DNA of 64,000 nucleotides from Thermodesulfobacteriota bacterium (GTDB lineage: Bacteria; Desulfobacterota_D; UBA1144; Nemesobacterales; JAJCZQ01): the NCBI GenBank assembly GCA_965215275.1, contig OZ244044.1:608001-672000 (forward strand), written 5' to 3'. A program made the translations under genes and the position numbers. Positions 40,002-50,773 of this stretch are shown here, in pieces. Under the pieces are notes generated by a model. That model worked only from the letters and a program-made list of their open reading frames with translations. It ran no database searches and was not told the origin of the DNA. The first letter of the stretch is position 1. Each line of letters begins with the position of its first letter.

Positions 40002-40422
40002 TTTTTTTCATCTCGGATAATAGTGTTTCATGTAGGTAAATAAATGCATCCATATAATATTCTTCAACTGCCGTAAGTACCTCTTGGAATTTGCTAAAAT
40101 CGTAATCATGAGAAAGTATATTGCGATGGTCCATCATATCAATCCACACTTGCCCGTCATCTATAAGTCCACTATTATATGCCTCTTTTATAACGTTTCT
40201 GGGAGTTGAAGGTTTGAAAACTATTCCTCCATATTCAAGGTAAGCTTTGATCGTTTTCCATGAGAGCTCATAAGTGTACTTAAAGCGCTGTATAATCCCC
40301 TCCTGCTCCAAGTCCGAATACTCACTAATCTTCTTTGCTCTAATAGCAGTATGAAGAAGCGTAAAAGCCTTATCAAATTTATCAAATTGCTGTCTAAACC
40401 TTACCCCTTTGCCATTGTCCAT
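39994..40422 (-). CDS. HEPN / nucleotidyltransferase substrate-binding protein (toxin-like)
   Basis: EGIIQRFKYTYELSWK, RNILSHDY (R-X4-H-X-Y); overlaps the MNT gene. Confidence 0.88.
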   Translation of the reverse strand: MDNGKGVRFRQQFDKFDKAFTLLHTAIRAKKISEYSDLEQEGIIQRFKYTYELSWKTIKAYLEYGGIVFKPSTPRNVIKEAYNSGLIDDGQVWIDMMDHRNILSHDYDFSKFQEVLTAVEEYYMDAFIYLHETLLSEMKKND

Positions 40423-40426
40423 TCCT

Positions 40427-41260
40427 TCACCCTCTTCTGTACCTCAAAACATTCAACAATTCATGGTCCTGCTCGTTTTTCAGCAGCGAACCTAAATACG
40501 GTGGCATCTTTTCTCTGAAATCAACCTCTTTCAGTTCATCTGCATTGATCTTGCCCACAGTTAATAATTTCAGCCAGTCTATAAGTTCGCTCGTGGAAGG
40601 CTTCTTCTTAAAACCATCAACCTCTCTCAAAGAATAAAAAAGCGTAAGAGCCTGATCAAGCAGTTTCTTTTCAAGATCAGGGTAGTGGACTTTTACTATC
40701 TCAGCCAGCGTTTCCCGTTCTGGAAAAGCAATGTAATGAAAAAAGCATCTCCTTAAAAAAGCGTCGGGCAACTCCTTTTCATTATTTGAAGTGATTATAA
40801 CGGCTGGACGATTTTCTGCTTTTATTGTTTTTCGCAGTTCGTAGCAATAAAACTCCATAGTATCAAGTTCAAGAAGCAGATCATTTGGAAACTCAATGTC
40901 CGCTTTATCAATCTCATCGATCAGCAGAACGCACTGCTCCTCTGACTTAAATGCTTCCCAAAGTTTTCCTTTTTTAATGTAGTTTGATATATCGTTCACC
41001 CTGTCGTCCCCAAGCTGAGAGTCTCGCAGTCTTGCAACGGCATCATACTCGTAAAGTCCCTGCTGCGCAGTTGTTGTTGATTTGACGTGCCAAGTTATTA
41101 TCTTCTTTTTTAAAGCCTTCGCCACTTCGAACGCAAGCATGGTTTTACCGGTTCCCGGCTCGCCTTTTACAAGAAGAGGTCTTTCCAAGGTGATCGAAGC
41201 ATTGACTGCAAGCGTCAGGTCCTTGGTTGATATATAACTGTCCGTTCCTTCAAATTTCAT
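40427..41260 (-). CDS. MoxR-family AAA+ ATPase
   Basis: GEPGTGKT, LLIDEIDKAD, ITSNNEKELPDAFLRRC. Confidence 0.92.
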   Translation of the reverse strand: MKFEGTDSYISTKDLTLAVNASITLERPLLVKGEPGTGKTMLAFEVAKALKKKIITWHVKSTTTAQQGLYEYDAVARLRDSQLGDDRVNDISNYIKKGKLWEAFKSEEQCVLLIDEIDKADIEFPNDLLLELDTMEFYCYELRKTIKAENRPAVIITSNNEKELPDAFLRRCFFHYIAFPERETLAEIVKVHYPDLEKKLLDQALTLFYSLREVDGFKKKPSTSELIDWLKLLTVGKINADELKEVDFREKMPPYLGSLLKNEQDHELLNVLRYRRG

Positions 41261-41482
41261 ATAAGCCCCTTTTTTCTATTTTTTGCTTACAAGAGTACTT
41301 CATTTCAAATATTTTCAATTTGCAATTTTCCTGCTCAATTAACCTGATATGTTCTCGTGATTCTTTGTCTCTTTCTTCCAAACCCTGAAAATTATAAAAA
41401 CTTTCCTAGTGGTTGACAAATGACCAGCTCCATTACCAATTCTTACAAGTAGCACACTTGCTCTCTATAAATCGTTTTCTCG

Positions 41483-41806
41483 TCACTTTTTAACACTTCT
41501 ATAATAAAACACCTTACCAACTTTCTCTATATGCTCTAAAAGAGGTTTATACTGAATTGATTCACACCCTATAACGTCAAACTTATAAGGAAGCGGTAAC
41601 TCGTCAAGGGCAGTTCTGACTCTTTCTATCTCCAGACTACCTTTAATTCCATACACTGCAAAATCAATGTCAGAATTGTGCTTGAATTTACCATTCGCAC
41701 GTGAACCGAAAATAACTACTTTTTCAATGCGGTCGTCGGACAAAAAAACTCCGCTAATAAGGTCTTGCACCCTTTTATTAAGTCCGGTATTAATCATTTT
41801 TTTCAT
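41483..41806 (-). CDS. Second, near-identical minimal nucleotidyltransferase copy
   Basis: Differs from 39687..40001 at only a few residues. Confidence 0.85.
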   Translation of the reverse strand: MKKMINTGLNKRVQDLISGVFLSDDRIEKVVIFGSRANGKFKHNSDIDFAVYGIKGSLEIERVRTALDELPLPYKFDVIGCESIQYKPLLEHIEKVGKVFYYRSVKK

Positions 41807-41929
41807 CCCGGTTCCCGACTCCTCCTTTTACAAGAAGAGGGCTTTCCAAGGTGGTCGAAGCATTGACTGCAAGCGTCAGGTCCTTGGTTAATATATAACT
41901 ATCCGTTCCTTCAAATTTCGTATAAGCCC
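41807..41929 (-). pseudogene. Duplicated 5' fragment of the MoxR ATPase gene with start codon mutated ATG>ACG
   Basis: Matches 41148-41269 with scattered substitutions. Confidence 0.85.
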
Positions 41930-42136
41930 CTTGATAATTTCACACAGAGATATCAAATTTAATCGCCAGTCTTTTTAGATTACACGCTGAGGGGCGGAAA
42001 ATAAAGGGGAGAAACAGTATTGCTGGGACGGGAAATGCGTAAGTGCTTGACTTTCAAATTAGCCAAATTTCAAAGAATATCAGTGATCTATGGAAGTAAA
42101 TGCCCTACCCTAGTGTGAAAGGATTTCTGACTAAGA

Positions 42137-42409
42137 TCACTTTTCATAATGATAACGACAGGAAATGATAGTTAGCTGATCATCGTCAAACGCATATACC
42201 AAGCGATTTTTATTATCTATACGCCGAGACCACAAACCTGTCAAATTTTTACTTCCTTTCAGGAGTTTCGGTTTACCAATGCCCTCAAATGGCGACTGCC
42301 GTGTATCATGAACGAGTTTATTAATGCGGTTTAAGGTTTTTCTGTCTTGATCTTGCCAATAAAGATAGTCCGCCCATGCTTCTCTTGTCCATGAAATAAT
42401 TTCAATCAT
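42137..42409 (-). CDS. yoeB: Txe/YoeB-family toxin
   Basis: AWADYLYWQ, PFEGIGKP, WSRRI, CRYHY. Confidence 0.93.
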   Translation of the reverse strand: MIEIISWTREAWADYLYWQDQDRKTLNRINKLVHDTRQSPFEGIGKPKLLKGSKNLTGLWSRRIDNKNRLVYAFDDDQLTIISCRYHYEK

Positions 42410-42656
42410 CCATTAATTCATGCTGTTTGGTTTTGCCCGCACGATACTGTTTTATGGACTTTGACAAATGTGCCACATTGGCAGGGCTTTTTAACAAATA
42501 AACAGTTTCCATAAGTGAATTGTACTGATTCAAGGACATAACAACTGCGTCTTCTGCATCACGACGAACAATAACCGTGTGGTTAGAGTCTTCAACGACT
42601 TGATCTAATACTCTTTTTAATTTATTTCGTGCGTCTGAAAAACTTATGGTCCTCAT
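42402..42656 (-). CDS. yefM: Phd/YefM antitoxin
   Basis: ISFSDARNKL, AVVMSL, ETVYLLKSPAN; overlaps yoeB. Confidence 0.93.
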   Translation of the reverse strand: MRTISFSDARNKLKRVLDQVVEDSNHTVIVRRDAEDAVVMSLNQYNSLMETVYLLKSPANVAHLSKSIKQYRAGKTKQHELMDD

Positions 42657-42974
42657 TTAGATACACCCACTTATATATAATGTAGGATAAATCTAACTTG
42701 TACAAGAATTTATGCAAATTAAAGCATCTTGCACTTTTTAACAAAACAGCGAGGTTCTGGAAATCCCAAGTAAGTGAAAGGAAATTTATTTCTCCCGATA
42801 TGCCCATTAAACTATTAAGCGACTTTTCCTGCCAACTCCCTTTCATTTGATTTGACACTTTTAATCATACTAAAACTCTCAAGTTCATTTATCCTTTGGC
42901 TATTTTTATGATAACCTGTTTTTATGTTACCTGTCTGAGAGAAAAGACACAGATGGACAGACAAGGAGATAAAA

Positions 42975-44045
42975 ATGATCAAGCCCATTAAAGGCATAGA
43001 CAAAATCGCTGAAATTTTGGAAGATCAAGCTGATTATCTTATAGATCATCAATGCAAAACCGTTACCAAAGACCAACTTCACCTTCCCGGTAAGGATTTT
43101 GTTGACAGGGTTTTTATTCCCACGGACAGACCGATAGCCGTACTCAGGAATTTACAGACCATATTTAATACCGGCAATCTAAAAGGAACAGGCTATATAT
43201 CAATACTGCCGGTCGATCAAGGTATTGAGCATTCTGGAGGAGCATCATTTGCCCCAAATCCCATTTATTTTGATCCCGAGAACATAGTAAAACTGGCAAT
43301 AGAAGGCGGATGTAACGCAGTTGCATCATCACTTGGCGTACTTGGTGCGGTGGCAAGAAAATACGCACATAAAATACCTTTTATTCTCAAGATCAACCAC
43401 AACGAACTCCTTACCTATCCAAACAAAGCAGACCAGATCATGTTCGCAAACGTTGACCAGGCATTTGAAATGGGCGCGGTTGCGGTGGGAGCTACTATCT
43501 ATTTTGGTTCAGAGCAAAGCTCAAGACAGATACAAGAAGTTTCAGAGGCTTTCCGGTACGCTCACAGCCTAGGACTTGTAACTGTCCTGTGGGCTTATCT
43601 GAGAAACCCAGCGTTTAAAAAAGACGGTGTTGATCACCACCTATCGGCAGACCTGGAAGGACAAGCCGATCATCTTTCCGCAACTATCGAGGCTGATATC
43701 GTCAAGCAGAAACTGGCAGAAAATAACGGTGGTTTTAACGCGATTGGCTTTGGAAAAACGGATGAGAAAGTCTATTCGGAGCTGAGTTCGGAACATCCGA
43801 TAGACTTAAATCGCTACCAGGTTATTAACTGCTATATGGGTAGAGCAGGCTTGATAAATTCCGGTGGTGCGTCAGGTTCCAACGACCTGGCTGATGCTGT
43901 AAGAACAGCGGTCATAAACAAAAGAGCAGGTGGAATGGGACTTATCTCCGGCAGAAAGGTATTTCAACGACCGGTGAAAGAAGGTGTAGCTATCCTGAAT
44001 TCAATTCAGAACGTTTATCTGGAACGAAAAATCACTGTGGCTTAA
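42975..44045 (+). CDS. fbaB: Class I fructose-bisphosphate aldolase
   Basis: [44 protein letters not shown]. Confidence 0.95.
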   Translation: MIKPIKGIDKIAEILEDQADYLIDHQCKTVTKDQLHLPGKDFVDRVFIPTDRPIAVLRNLQTIFNTGNLKGTGYISILPVDQGIEHSGGASFAPNPIYFDPENIVKLAIEGGCNAVASSLGVLGAVARKYAHKIPFILKINHNELLTYPNKADQIMFANVDQAFEMGAVAVGATIYFGSEQSSRQIQEVSEAFRYAHSLGLVTVLWAYLRNPAFKKDGVDHHLSADLEGQADHLSATIEADIVKQKLAENNGGFNAIGFGKTDEKVYSELSSEHPIDLNRYQVINCYMGRAGLINSGGASGSNDLADAVRTAVINKRAGGMGLISGRKVFQRPVKEGVAILNSIQNVYLERKITVA

Positions 44046-44379
44046 TCCTTTGGACTGTCCAATGCAGAGAAACTGAAGTACTAACCTGCAAAAGAGCAAT
44101 GCTACTGTAATTAATATTAAGCATTGTACAAAAGCGGAAGCAAACTGCCAAGGTCATAGTATTAATAATAGAGGATGGAAAGTTTTTACGGTTTATAAAA
44201 GGTTTGTTATAACCGCAACATAATAATTTGTATAGTTACAATTTGAAACCTATGTATATATCACATTGTTATACTCATGTTACAAATTAAGGGAACTATA
44301 TATTTAACTAAGAAGAGAATACTTCCTATATCCCGAATATCATTATCATTGTAAGAAAAGAAAGAAAAAGACCTTACAC

Positions 44380-44409
44380 TTGACATTCGTTCATAATACT
44401 TGGTAAAAT
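44380..44409 (+). promoter_or_regulatory. Cassette promoter, copy E
   Basis: TTGACA-N18-TAAAAT; ATG follows 9 nt after the -10 element. Confidence 0.7.
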
Positions 44410-44418
44410 ATAAATGTT

Positions 44419-47400
44419 ATGAAAAATCCAAACATAAAAACACGTAGTTCCATTACCCCCCCCCATCTAAGTCATTACTAACCTTAGTCTTATTTCTTCT
44501 GTTTATACTGGTAATAGCTGCAAAAGGGCAGAGCAGCCTGGAAGAAACATTATCTGAATGCAGAGGTATGAGTTCAGACATAGAAGATCCGTTATACGGA
44601 TGTCAGTGGCATCTGAAGAACACTGGACAGTTTATTTATTCAGGGAAGGAAATAACTGCAGGAGAAGATATAAACATAGAGGGAGTGTGGAACGAAGACG
44701 TATACGGTACCGGAATTAACTTAGCAATAGTAAGTGACGGTATCGACCTTTCACATGAGGACCTTTCTGTAAACGTCCGTTCCGGACCGAACTATGATCT
44801 TTCTGAAAGAAACAATTCTGAAAGAAACAGTTCTGAAAAAGATAATTCAGAAAGAGATGATCATTCAGACGGTTCATCCTTTACCGGAACACGAGCGGCA
44901 GGTGTTATTGCAGCAACTGGATATAACGGACTGGGAGTAAGAGGAGTTGCACCCGGTGCGAGTATATACAGTAATGAGTTAACTGGTGATAACAGGGAAG
45001 CGGACGCGGTGGTCCGTAATAAGGAAATAACTGCAGTATTGGTTAACGGCCGGGGATCTGAGGACGGAGCTTTTTTTCAGGAGGCTTCAACTTCCTGGGA
45101 AGAAGGAGTGGAACTTGGAATAAGTAAAGGGTTTTATGGTAAAGGAGTGTTTTACGTCTGGGGAGCAGGGGACGGTCATGAAAGAGGAGATCAGGCTAAT
45201 TTTTCTGAATATTCTAATTACTACGGCGTAACTGCCGTTTGTTCAACTGACGGTTTTGGAAAAAAGAGTATTTTTTCAGAAGAGGGAGTAAATCTATGGG
45301 TATGTGCACCTGGTTCTGATATTGTAACTACTGATAACAAAAACGATTACGTTGTAACTTCCGGAACATTTCTATCAGCTTCACAGGTTGGAGGAGTGGC
45401 AGCACTGCTGAGAGAGATAAACGGGAATCTGAGCTGGAGGGATATAAAGCTTATACTTGCGGGTTCAGCACGGCAGAACGATTTTTTTGATCCGAGCTGG
45501 GAGACTGGAGCTGTTAAATACGGTTCTGATACGGAAAGATATAATTCTAATCCTAAGTATGGTTTTGGCGTGGTAGACGCAGAAGCAGCTGCAGAACTTG
45601 CAAAAAGCTGGAAAGGCGTTGGAGAGATGAGGACCATTACAGCTTCTTCAGATAATGAACTGACAATTCCTGATGGAGATGGAGAAGCGGACGGGGTCCT
45701 TGTTTCCAGACTTATGATACCGGACCTTGAAGAGGTAACATTTACGGAGTTCGTTGAAGCTGAGCTTGTTCTTTCGTGTGACTGCTTACAGGACCTTAAT
45801 ATACAGATAACCTCTCCTTCCGGGACAGTATCTGAACTTGTGCGGGAGGTTGTAAGGGGATCTTCGAATGAAGAAGAAAACTGCGTCAGTTACCTGAGAA
45901 GAACACATCGTTTCGGGTCGGCTAAACACCTCGGAGAAGACCCTTCCGGAGAATGGATCCTTAAGATCTCTGATACTGCTCCCGGAGATGAAGAAGATGG
46001 AAAAAACACTGTTACCTTACACTCATGGAGCATTAAGGTATACGGGAATTTTTATCAGGGACCTGGCAGTGAGATAAGTACTAAACATCATTTCAGTTTT
46101 GGCAGTCAGACGATAGATGATCAGGTGTATACAACAAGGGTTCAGATAACACCATTAGTGCTGCCTAGGGGAACTGGAGCGAATGGATCAGTAGGTTACA
46201 GTATATCTCCTAATGTACCTGCTGGATTGAGTTTTGATCCTGACACCCGGGTGCTGAGCGGAACACCAACTACTCCACAGGGCAAGACTACTTATACATA
46301 TAGAGCAACAGACGAAAGACCCGATACGATTAGTTTGCGCTTCGGTATCACGGTAAAAGGTCCAGCCGGTGATCCGAGCTTCGGCAGTCAGACGGTAGAA
46401 AATCAGGTTTTTGTTAATGGTTCAGCAGTAACGTTAACTCTGCCTGCTGCAACGGGAGGGGATGGAACTTTAAATTACAGTTTAACTAATAGTATAGGTG
46501 ATCCAATTAAAATTAATGGATTGGATTATAACGAAAACACCAGAACGTTAAGTGGAACGCTCAACGTTTCTCCAAGTGGATTACCTATAACTCAAACTTA
46601 TACTTACAAGGTAACTGATGATGACGGTGATTCTGACAGTATTACTTTCTCTATTACTATAACGGACCTGGCCTTTGACGGTGGGCTTCCTTCTTCTTTT
46701 TATGAATTAGCAGCAAATATATTATCAATAATACCCATTGTACCGGGTAATTCGTTTCCTGTTGCAACGGGAGGTACTCCTCCATATAGATACAGTTTTA
46801 CTCCTGTATTACCAGACGGATTAGCGTATAACTCTAATGACAGAGTTATACGCGGGACACCAACTACTGCAACGCCCAGGACTACCTATGCGTATACCGT
46901 TACTGACAATAACGGACATACGGCTGAATTGATGTTCGATATTGCTGTAAGAGCAGCCTTTAGAGGAAGCACTGTGATAAATAACAAGGTGTATTTAACC
47001 GGTACAGCAGTAACGGAAGTGCTGCCTGAAGCAGATGGACATAATGGAACGTTAACGTACAGTTTAACTCCCAAATTACCTTCCGGACTGGATTTTAATG
47101 AAAACACCCGAGAGATAACCGGAACTCCAGATACTGCAACTTCCAGAAGCACTTATACTTATACGGTAACTGACACAGATGGATTTAAGACCTCAAGGAC
47201 GTTCGATATCACAGTAAGAGCAGAACCCAACACAATGCCTACCTTCGGCAGTGAGACCATAGAAAATAAGGTATATATAAACGGAGAAGCAGTAATGGAA
47301 ACACTGCCTGAAGCAACATCAGGGAATGCTCCATTAACTTACAGTTTAAGTGCTGATTTACCAACTGGATTGAACTTTAATCCTGATACCCGAGTGATAA

Positions 47401-47933
47401 GTGGCACACCTTCTACTGCAACGTCTGAGGCTGATTACACATATACGGTTACTGATATAGATGGAGACACGGATGAGAGAACGTTCAGTATAACAATAGA
47501 AGAAGACAGCGAGCCGGACTTCAGCGTGACGACGATAGAAGATCAGGTGTACATGGGGAGATCAATAAGGTTGCCGGTAGCAACGGGAGGGAATGCACCG
47601 TTAGTATACAGTATAACGCCTCCCTTACCTCCTGGGTTGAGATTGGACAGAAACACCGGGGTAATAAGCGGGACGCCCGCGAGTGCGTCGTCTGAGAGGA
47701 CCTACACGTACACGGTAACGGACAGGAATGGAGACATTAAAGAGTTGACCTTCAGGTTCAGTGCAGCGGCTCCGCCACCGACAGGTAGTGATCCAGGCGG
47801 AGGTGGAGGAGGATGTGCCGTATCAGAGCAAAGCAGCGTTGATGAAGATATTCCTGGAGTAATGGCATGTCTGATACTTATACCCGTGTCGGTATTGATC
47901 AGAAGGAAGGGAAGAGCTTATATAAAGACTTAG
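44419..47933 (+). CDS. Surface protein copy E: catalytically degenerate S8 domain, P-domain, 6 Ig-like repeats, GGGGC anchor; 5' end frameshifted (long ORF 44568..47933)
   Basis: N-terminal half very similar to copy D, repeat array different; tail GGGGGGCAVSEQ..RRKGRAYIKT. Confidence 0.85.
44456..44464 (+). repeat. Poly-C (C9) tract; candidate phase-variation switch, currently OFF
   Basis: ATG 44419 reads MKNPNIKTRSSITPPHLSHY*. C10 or C7 would join PSKSLLTLVLFLLFILVIAAKG-Q and ORF 44568. Confidence 0.78.
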
Positions 47934-48207
47934 TAATTCACTTCTTTCCAGGACATTGAACGGGCTGGAAATTCCTCTAATAAATATATTTAGTAAAGGA
48001 AACTTTATATTGTATGGGAAAGTTTATTCTCCCGATGGGTGCTAAAGATATTATAAACCAGAAGGAAACGAGAGTGAGAGAAGTATCCCGCACTCAGAAC
48101 AGTATGCTTTTTATTTAATAGTTTTTTCTTAAAACATCAGTTGAAGGTTCAAGAAGATATACTGTTTCGGGTTCTTTTTGTGAAGTGTTTTTATTATTAG
48201 CCATTTT

Positions 48208-49098
48208 TTACAACCCACACATCCCTTCGCATTCATCCCTGAGAGATGGTTGTTCCTCTTCCCTGGTGGAAACAAAATCCACTTCTTCAAGTGGAGTTCT
48301 GCTTCTGTGCAAATAAAGATGTCCTCCAAATTTATCTTTTCTTTTAATTTTTCTCAGTGACCTGTCAATTTCAACAGCCTGTTCCCAGCTCTCTATGTCG
48401 TTTTCTTTCATGTGTAGCCACTCCGCGTCCGTATGTAATGGACAACCTATACAAGCACTGCGAGGCAGATTATATCCGGGATAATGTTCTCTAAACCACT
48501 CCACGCAGTCCTTTCGCTCCATTTTCATATCGATCAAGGGCCAACAATTAACACACCACTTGTCCCTGCTACCTTTCATTCTGAACAACTCGTCATAGGA
48601 AAGTCCTATCCATTGCTCCACAACTGAGTTTTTAGGAAAACATTGCCTTTTGCTTAAACCGATCATCTGTCTAATCTGCTGTCTTATAGGCGTTATCTTA
48701 TATTCATTAGTGCATTGACGACGAGCAATTGCCTTTTTTCCATCTTGATTAAATGTATAAACAGGTATTGTAACAAAGCTGTTACCTGAGCTGTTCGTTC
48801 CGTGCATGATGTGATCCTGGATACTGGCTTTCAGAAACCGACCGTGGGCATCTCTTGGTCTCTTACGTCTGTATTTAACTTTGGTTCTATAAACTTTAAA
48901 AGGAAGTTCTTCTTCGAGCCAATCAAGATGTTTATAAACGCTTTGTGGTTCCCAACCTGTGTCAGCAAATATTGCTGCGTCAGGCAGAGGCAAAGATTCT
49001 CCATCCTTACCTGTCAATTCTTCACGAGACGCCATAAGGGCCATAACAGAAGATTGAACACCGGCACCTAAACTGATAACTCTAATTTCCGTTTTCAT
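48208..49098 (-). CDS. PAPS-reductase-like PP-loop/FeS protein of the type often found in phages and mobile DNA
   Basis: ISLGAGVQS, IFADTGWE, RQCTNEYKI, PRSACIGCP, C-terminal ECEGMCG. Confidence 0.7.
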   Translation of the reverse strand: MKTEIRVISLGAGVQSSVMALMASREELTGKDGESLPLPDAAIFADTGWEPQSVYKHLDWLEEELPFKVYRTKVKYRRKRPRDAHGRFLKASIQDHIMHGTNSSGNSFVTIPVYTFNQDGKKAIARRQCTNEYKITPIRQQIRQMIGLSKRQCFPKNSVVEQWIGLSYDELFRMKGSRDKWCVNCWPLIDMKMERKDCVEWFREHYPGYNLPRSACIGCPLHTDAEWLHMKENDIESWEQAVEIDRSLRKIKRKDKFGGHLYLHRSRTPLEEVDFVSTREEEQPSLRDECEGMCGL

Positions 49099-49336
49099 TT
49101 ACCTACTAATTGGCACAGAATTAATGATGTATTGAGTTTGAAATTTCGCTTGTGGATTTAATCTTTTCACCCGAAATTTCAATGGTCTTAATTAATTAGA
49201 ATTATACCTCAAAAATCTCCCTTTTACTACTCATCATATCCATTTTCACTGACATACTAAAAAGTTTTCGTTCTTTCACTGCAAGATCTGTCTTATAGTC
49301 TTAAAAGTTTTTTCTATAGTTTGAGATAAAGCAATT

Positions 49337-50377
49337 TTAACTGAAAAACGGCAGAACTTCCTTTGTAAGAACATCAAAAGAATGGTCAAGGTCGGGACTG
49401 AAATCCCTCAGGATAAAGTGGTTTACTCCACAGCCGATATATTCCTCGAGCCTTGCCTTAACGTCTTCCGCAGTGCCGTATATTACAAAGTCCGACAGTA
49501 TATCTCTCGTGTAATACCTCTGGCCCATCTCCCTGAACTTTGCAAGCATCTTTGCATCATTGGGCATGATAGTGGTATAGGAAAGCCCATCGTACTCTTC
49601 CGCGATGTTTAACTTGTAACCAGCTTCTCTGATAACATCGGGCCAGATCACGGCATGCTTTATGTTATCAAGGGGTTTATATGCTTCATCCTTATCTCGG
49701 GCGATCGAAACGAAAATATATATGGCTTTTTCAAATCTGCCGCCGGTGCAGATATTCTCTTTTAATCCCTCTTTTACCGTACTTATCTTGTTCGAGTAAA
49801 CCCAGGTGGGCATCGCATTGGTAACCCATCCATCACCAATTTCACCTGCAACCCTCAGGGATTTAGGTCCCGTGGCAGCTACATAAATAGGCACGGACTT
49901 GTTCACAGGGGTAATTCGCAGTTCGGCACTGTTTAACCTGAAATGATCACCGCTGTAGTTTACTTCCTCCCCTCGCCATAGCTTCCTTATAACCGCCACT
50001 GATTCTCTCAGGCGAGCAAGCGCCTTGTCCCATTTAATTCCATAATAATCAAGGTTCATCTTTTCTCCATATCCAAGACAGCTGAAAATCCTGCCGTCAG
50101 ATATATGGTCGACAGTTGCCAGCCTGTGGGCAAGAGTAGCCGGGTGCATCCTGTGAGGGTCCCCTATGGCACCCAGACCTATTTTACTGGTTACAACTGA
50201 TGCACCGGTAATTACCGACCAGACCTCGGGAGTGAGTTTTTTTGCCATGAACATTATGTGGTCGGGAAACCACACACTGTCAAAGCCACCTTTCTCACAT
50301 TTCTGCGTAAAAGCGATCAGGTCCTTAACTGCGATACCCGGTAACGGGGCAACTATCCCTATTTTTGTTTTTTCCAT
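49337..50377 (-). CDS. LLM-class flavin-dependent oxidoreductase
   Basis: GFDSVWFPDH, ATVDHISDGR, PIYVAATGP, IGDGW. Confidence 0.9.
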   Translation of the reverse strand: MEKTKIGIVAPLPGIAVKDLIAFTQKCEKGGFDSVWFPDHIMFMAKKLTPEVWSVITGASVVTSKIGLGAIGDPHRMHPATLAHRLATVDHISDGRIFSCLGYGEKMNLDYYGIKWDKALARLRESVAVIRKLWRGEEVNYSGDHFRLNSAELRITPVNKSVPIYVAATGPKSLRVAGEIGDGWVTNAMPTWVYSNKISTVKEGLKENICTGGRFEKAIYIFVSIARDKDEAYKPLDNIKHAVIWPDVIREAGYKLNIAEEYDGLSYTTIMPNDAKMLAKFREMGQRYYTRDILSDFVIYGTAEDVKARLEEYIGCGVNHFILRDFSPDLDHSFDVLTKEVLPFFS

Positions 50378-50476
50378 GACACGTCCATGTTCGGTCTTTC
50401 AGTAAAAATACTATAACGTACTGTCAGAAAGTGCAATTTGACACTAAAATAGCATCTTGGTAACGTTATTTTTGCA

Positions 50477-50773
50477 GTGAAGGTGAAAAAAGTTCACTTG
50501 ACCATTCAGGGAAGAGTTCAGGGAGTTTTCTTCAGAGCTTCGGCAAAGGAGCAAGCGGACAGGCTACGGCTTACCGGATGGGTCAGAAATCTTCCCGAAG
50601 GTTCCGTGGAAATTCAGGTCGAAGGTACGGAAGACGGTCTGGATGAGTTTATTAACTGGTGTCACAAGGGTCCGCCAGGCGCCTCGGTAACAAACGTAGA
50701 CCTGGAATATTTACAGCCGTCTGGAGATATGACTTCTTTTAGTATAGAGTATAGTTTTGAGAGAGAACAATGA
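50477..50773 (+). CDS. acyP: Acylphosphatase
   Basis: GRVQGVFFR, GWVRN, GPPGA. Confidence 0.95.
   Translation: MKVKKVHLTIQGRVQGVFFRASAKEQADRLRLTGWVRNLPEGSVEIQVEGTEDGLDEFINWCHKGPPGASVTNVDLEYLQPSGDMTSFSIEYSFEREQ

Noticed and set aside
36959..42656. Integron or prophage explanation for the toxin-antitoxin cluster
   Set aside because: No integrase, attC-like sites or phage structural genes recognised.
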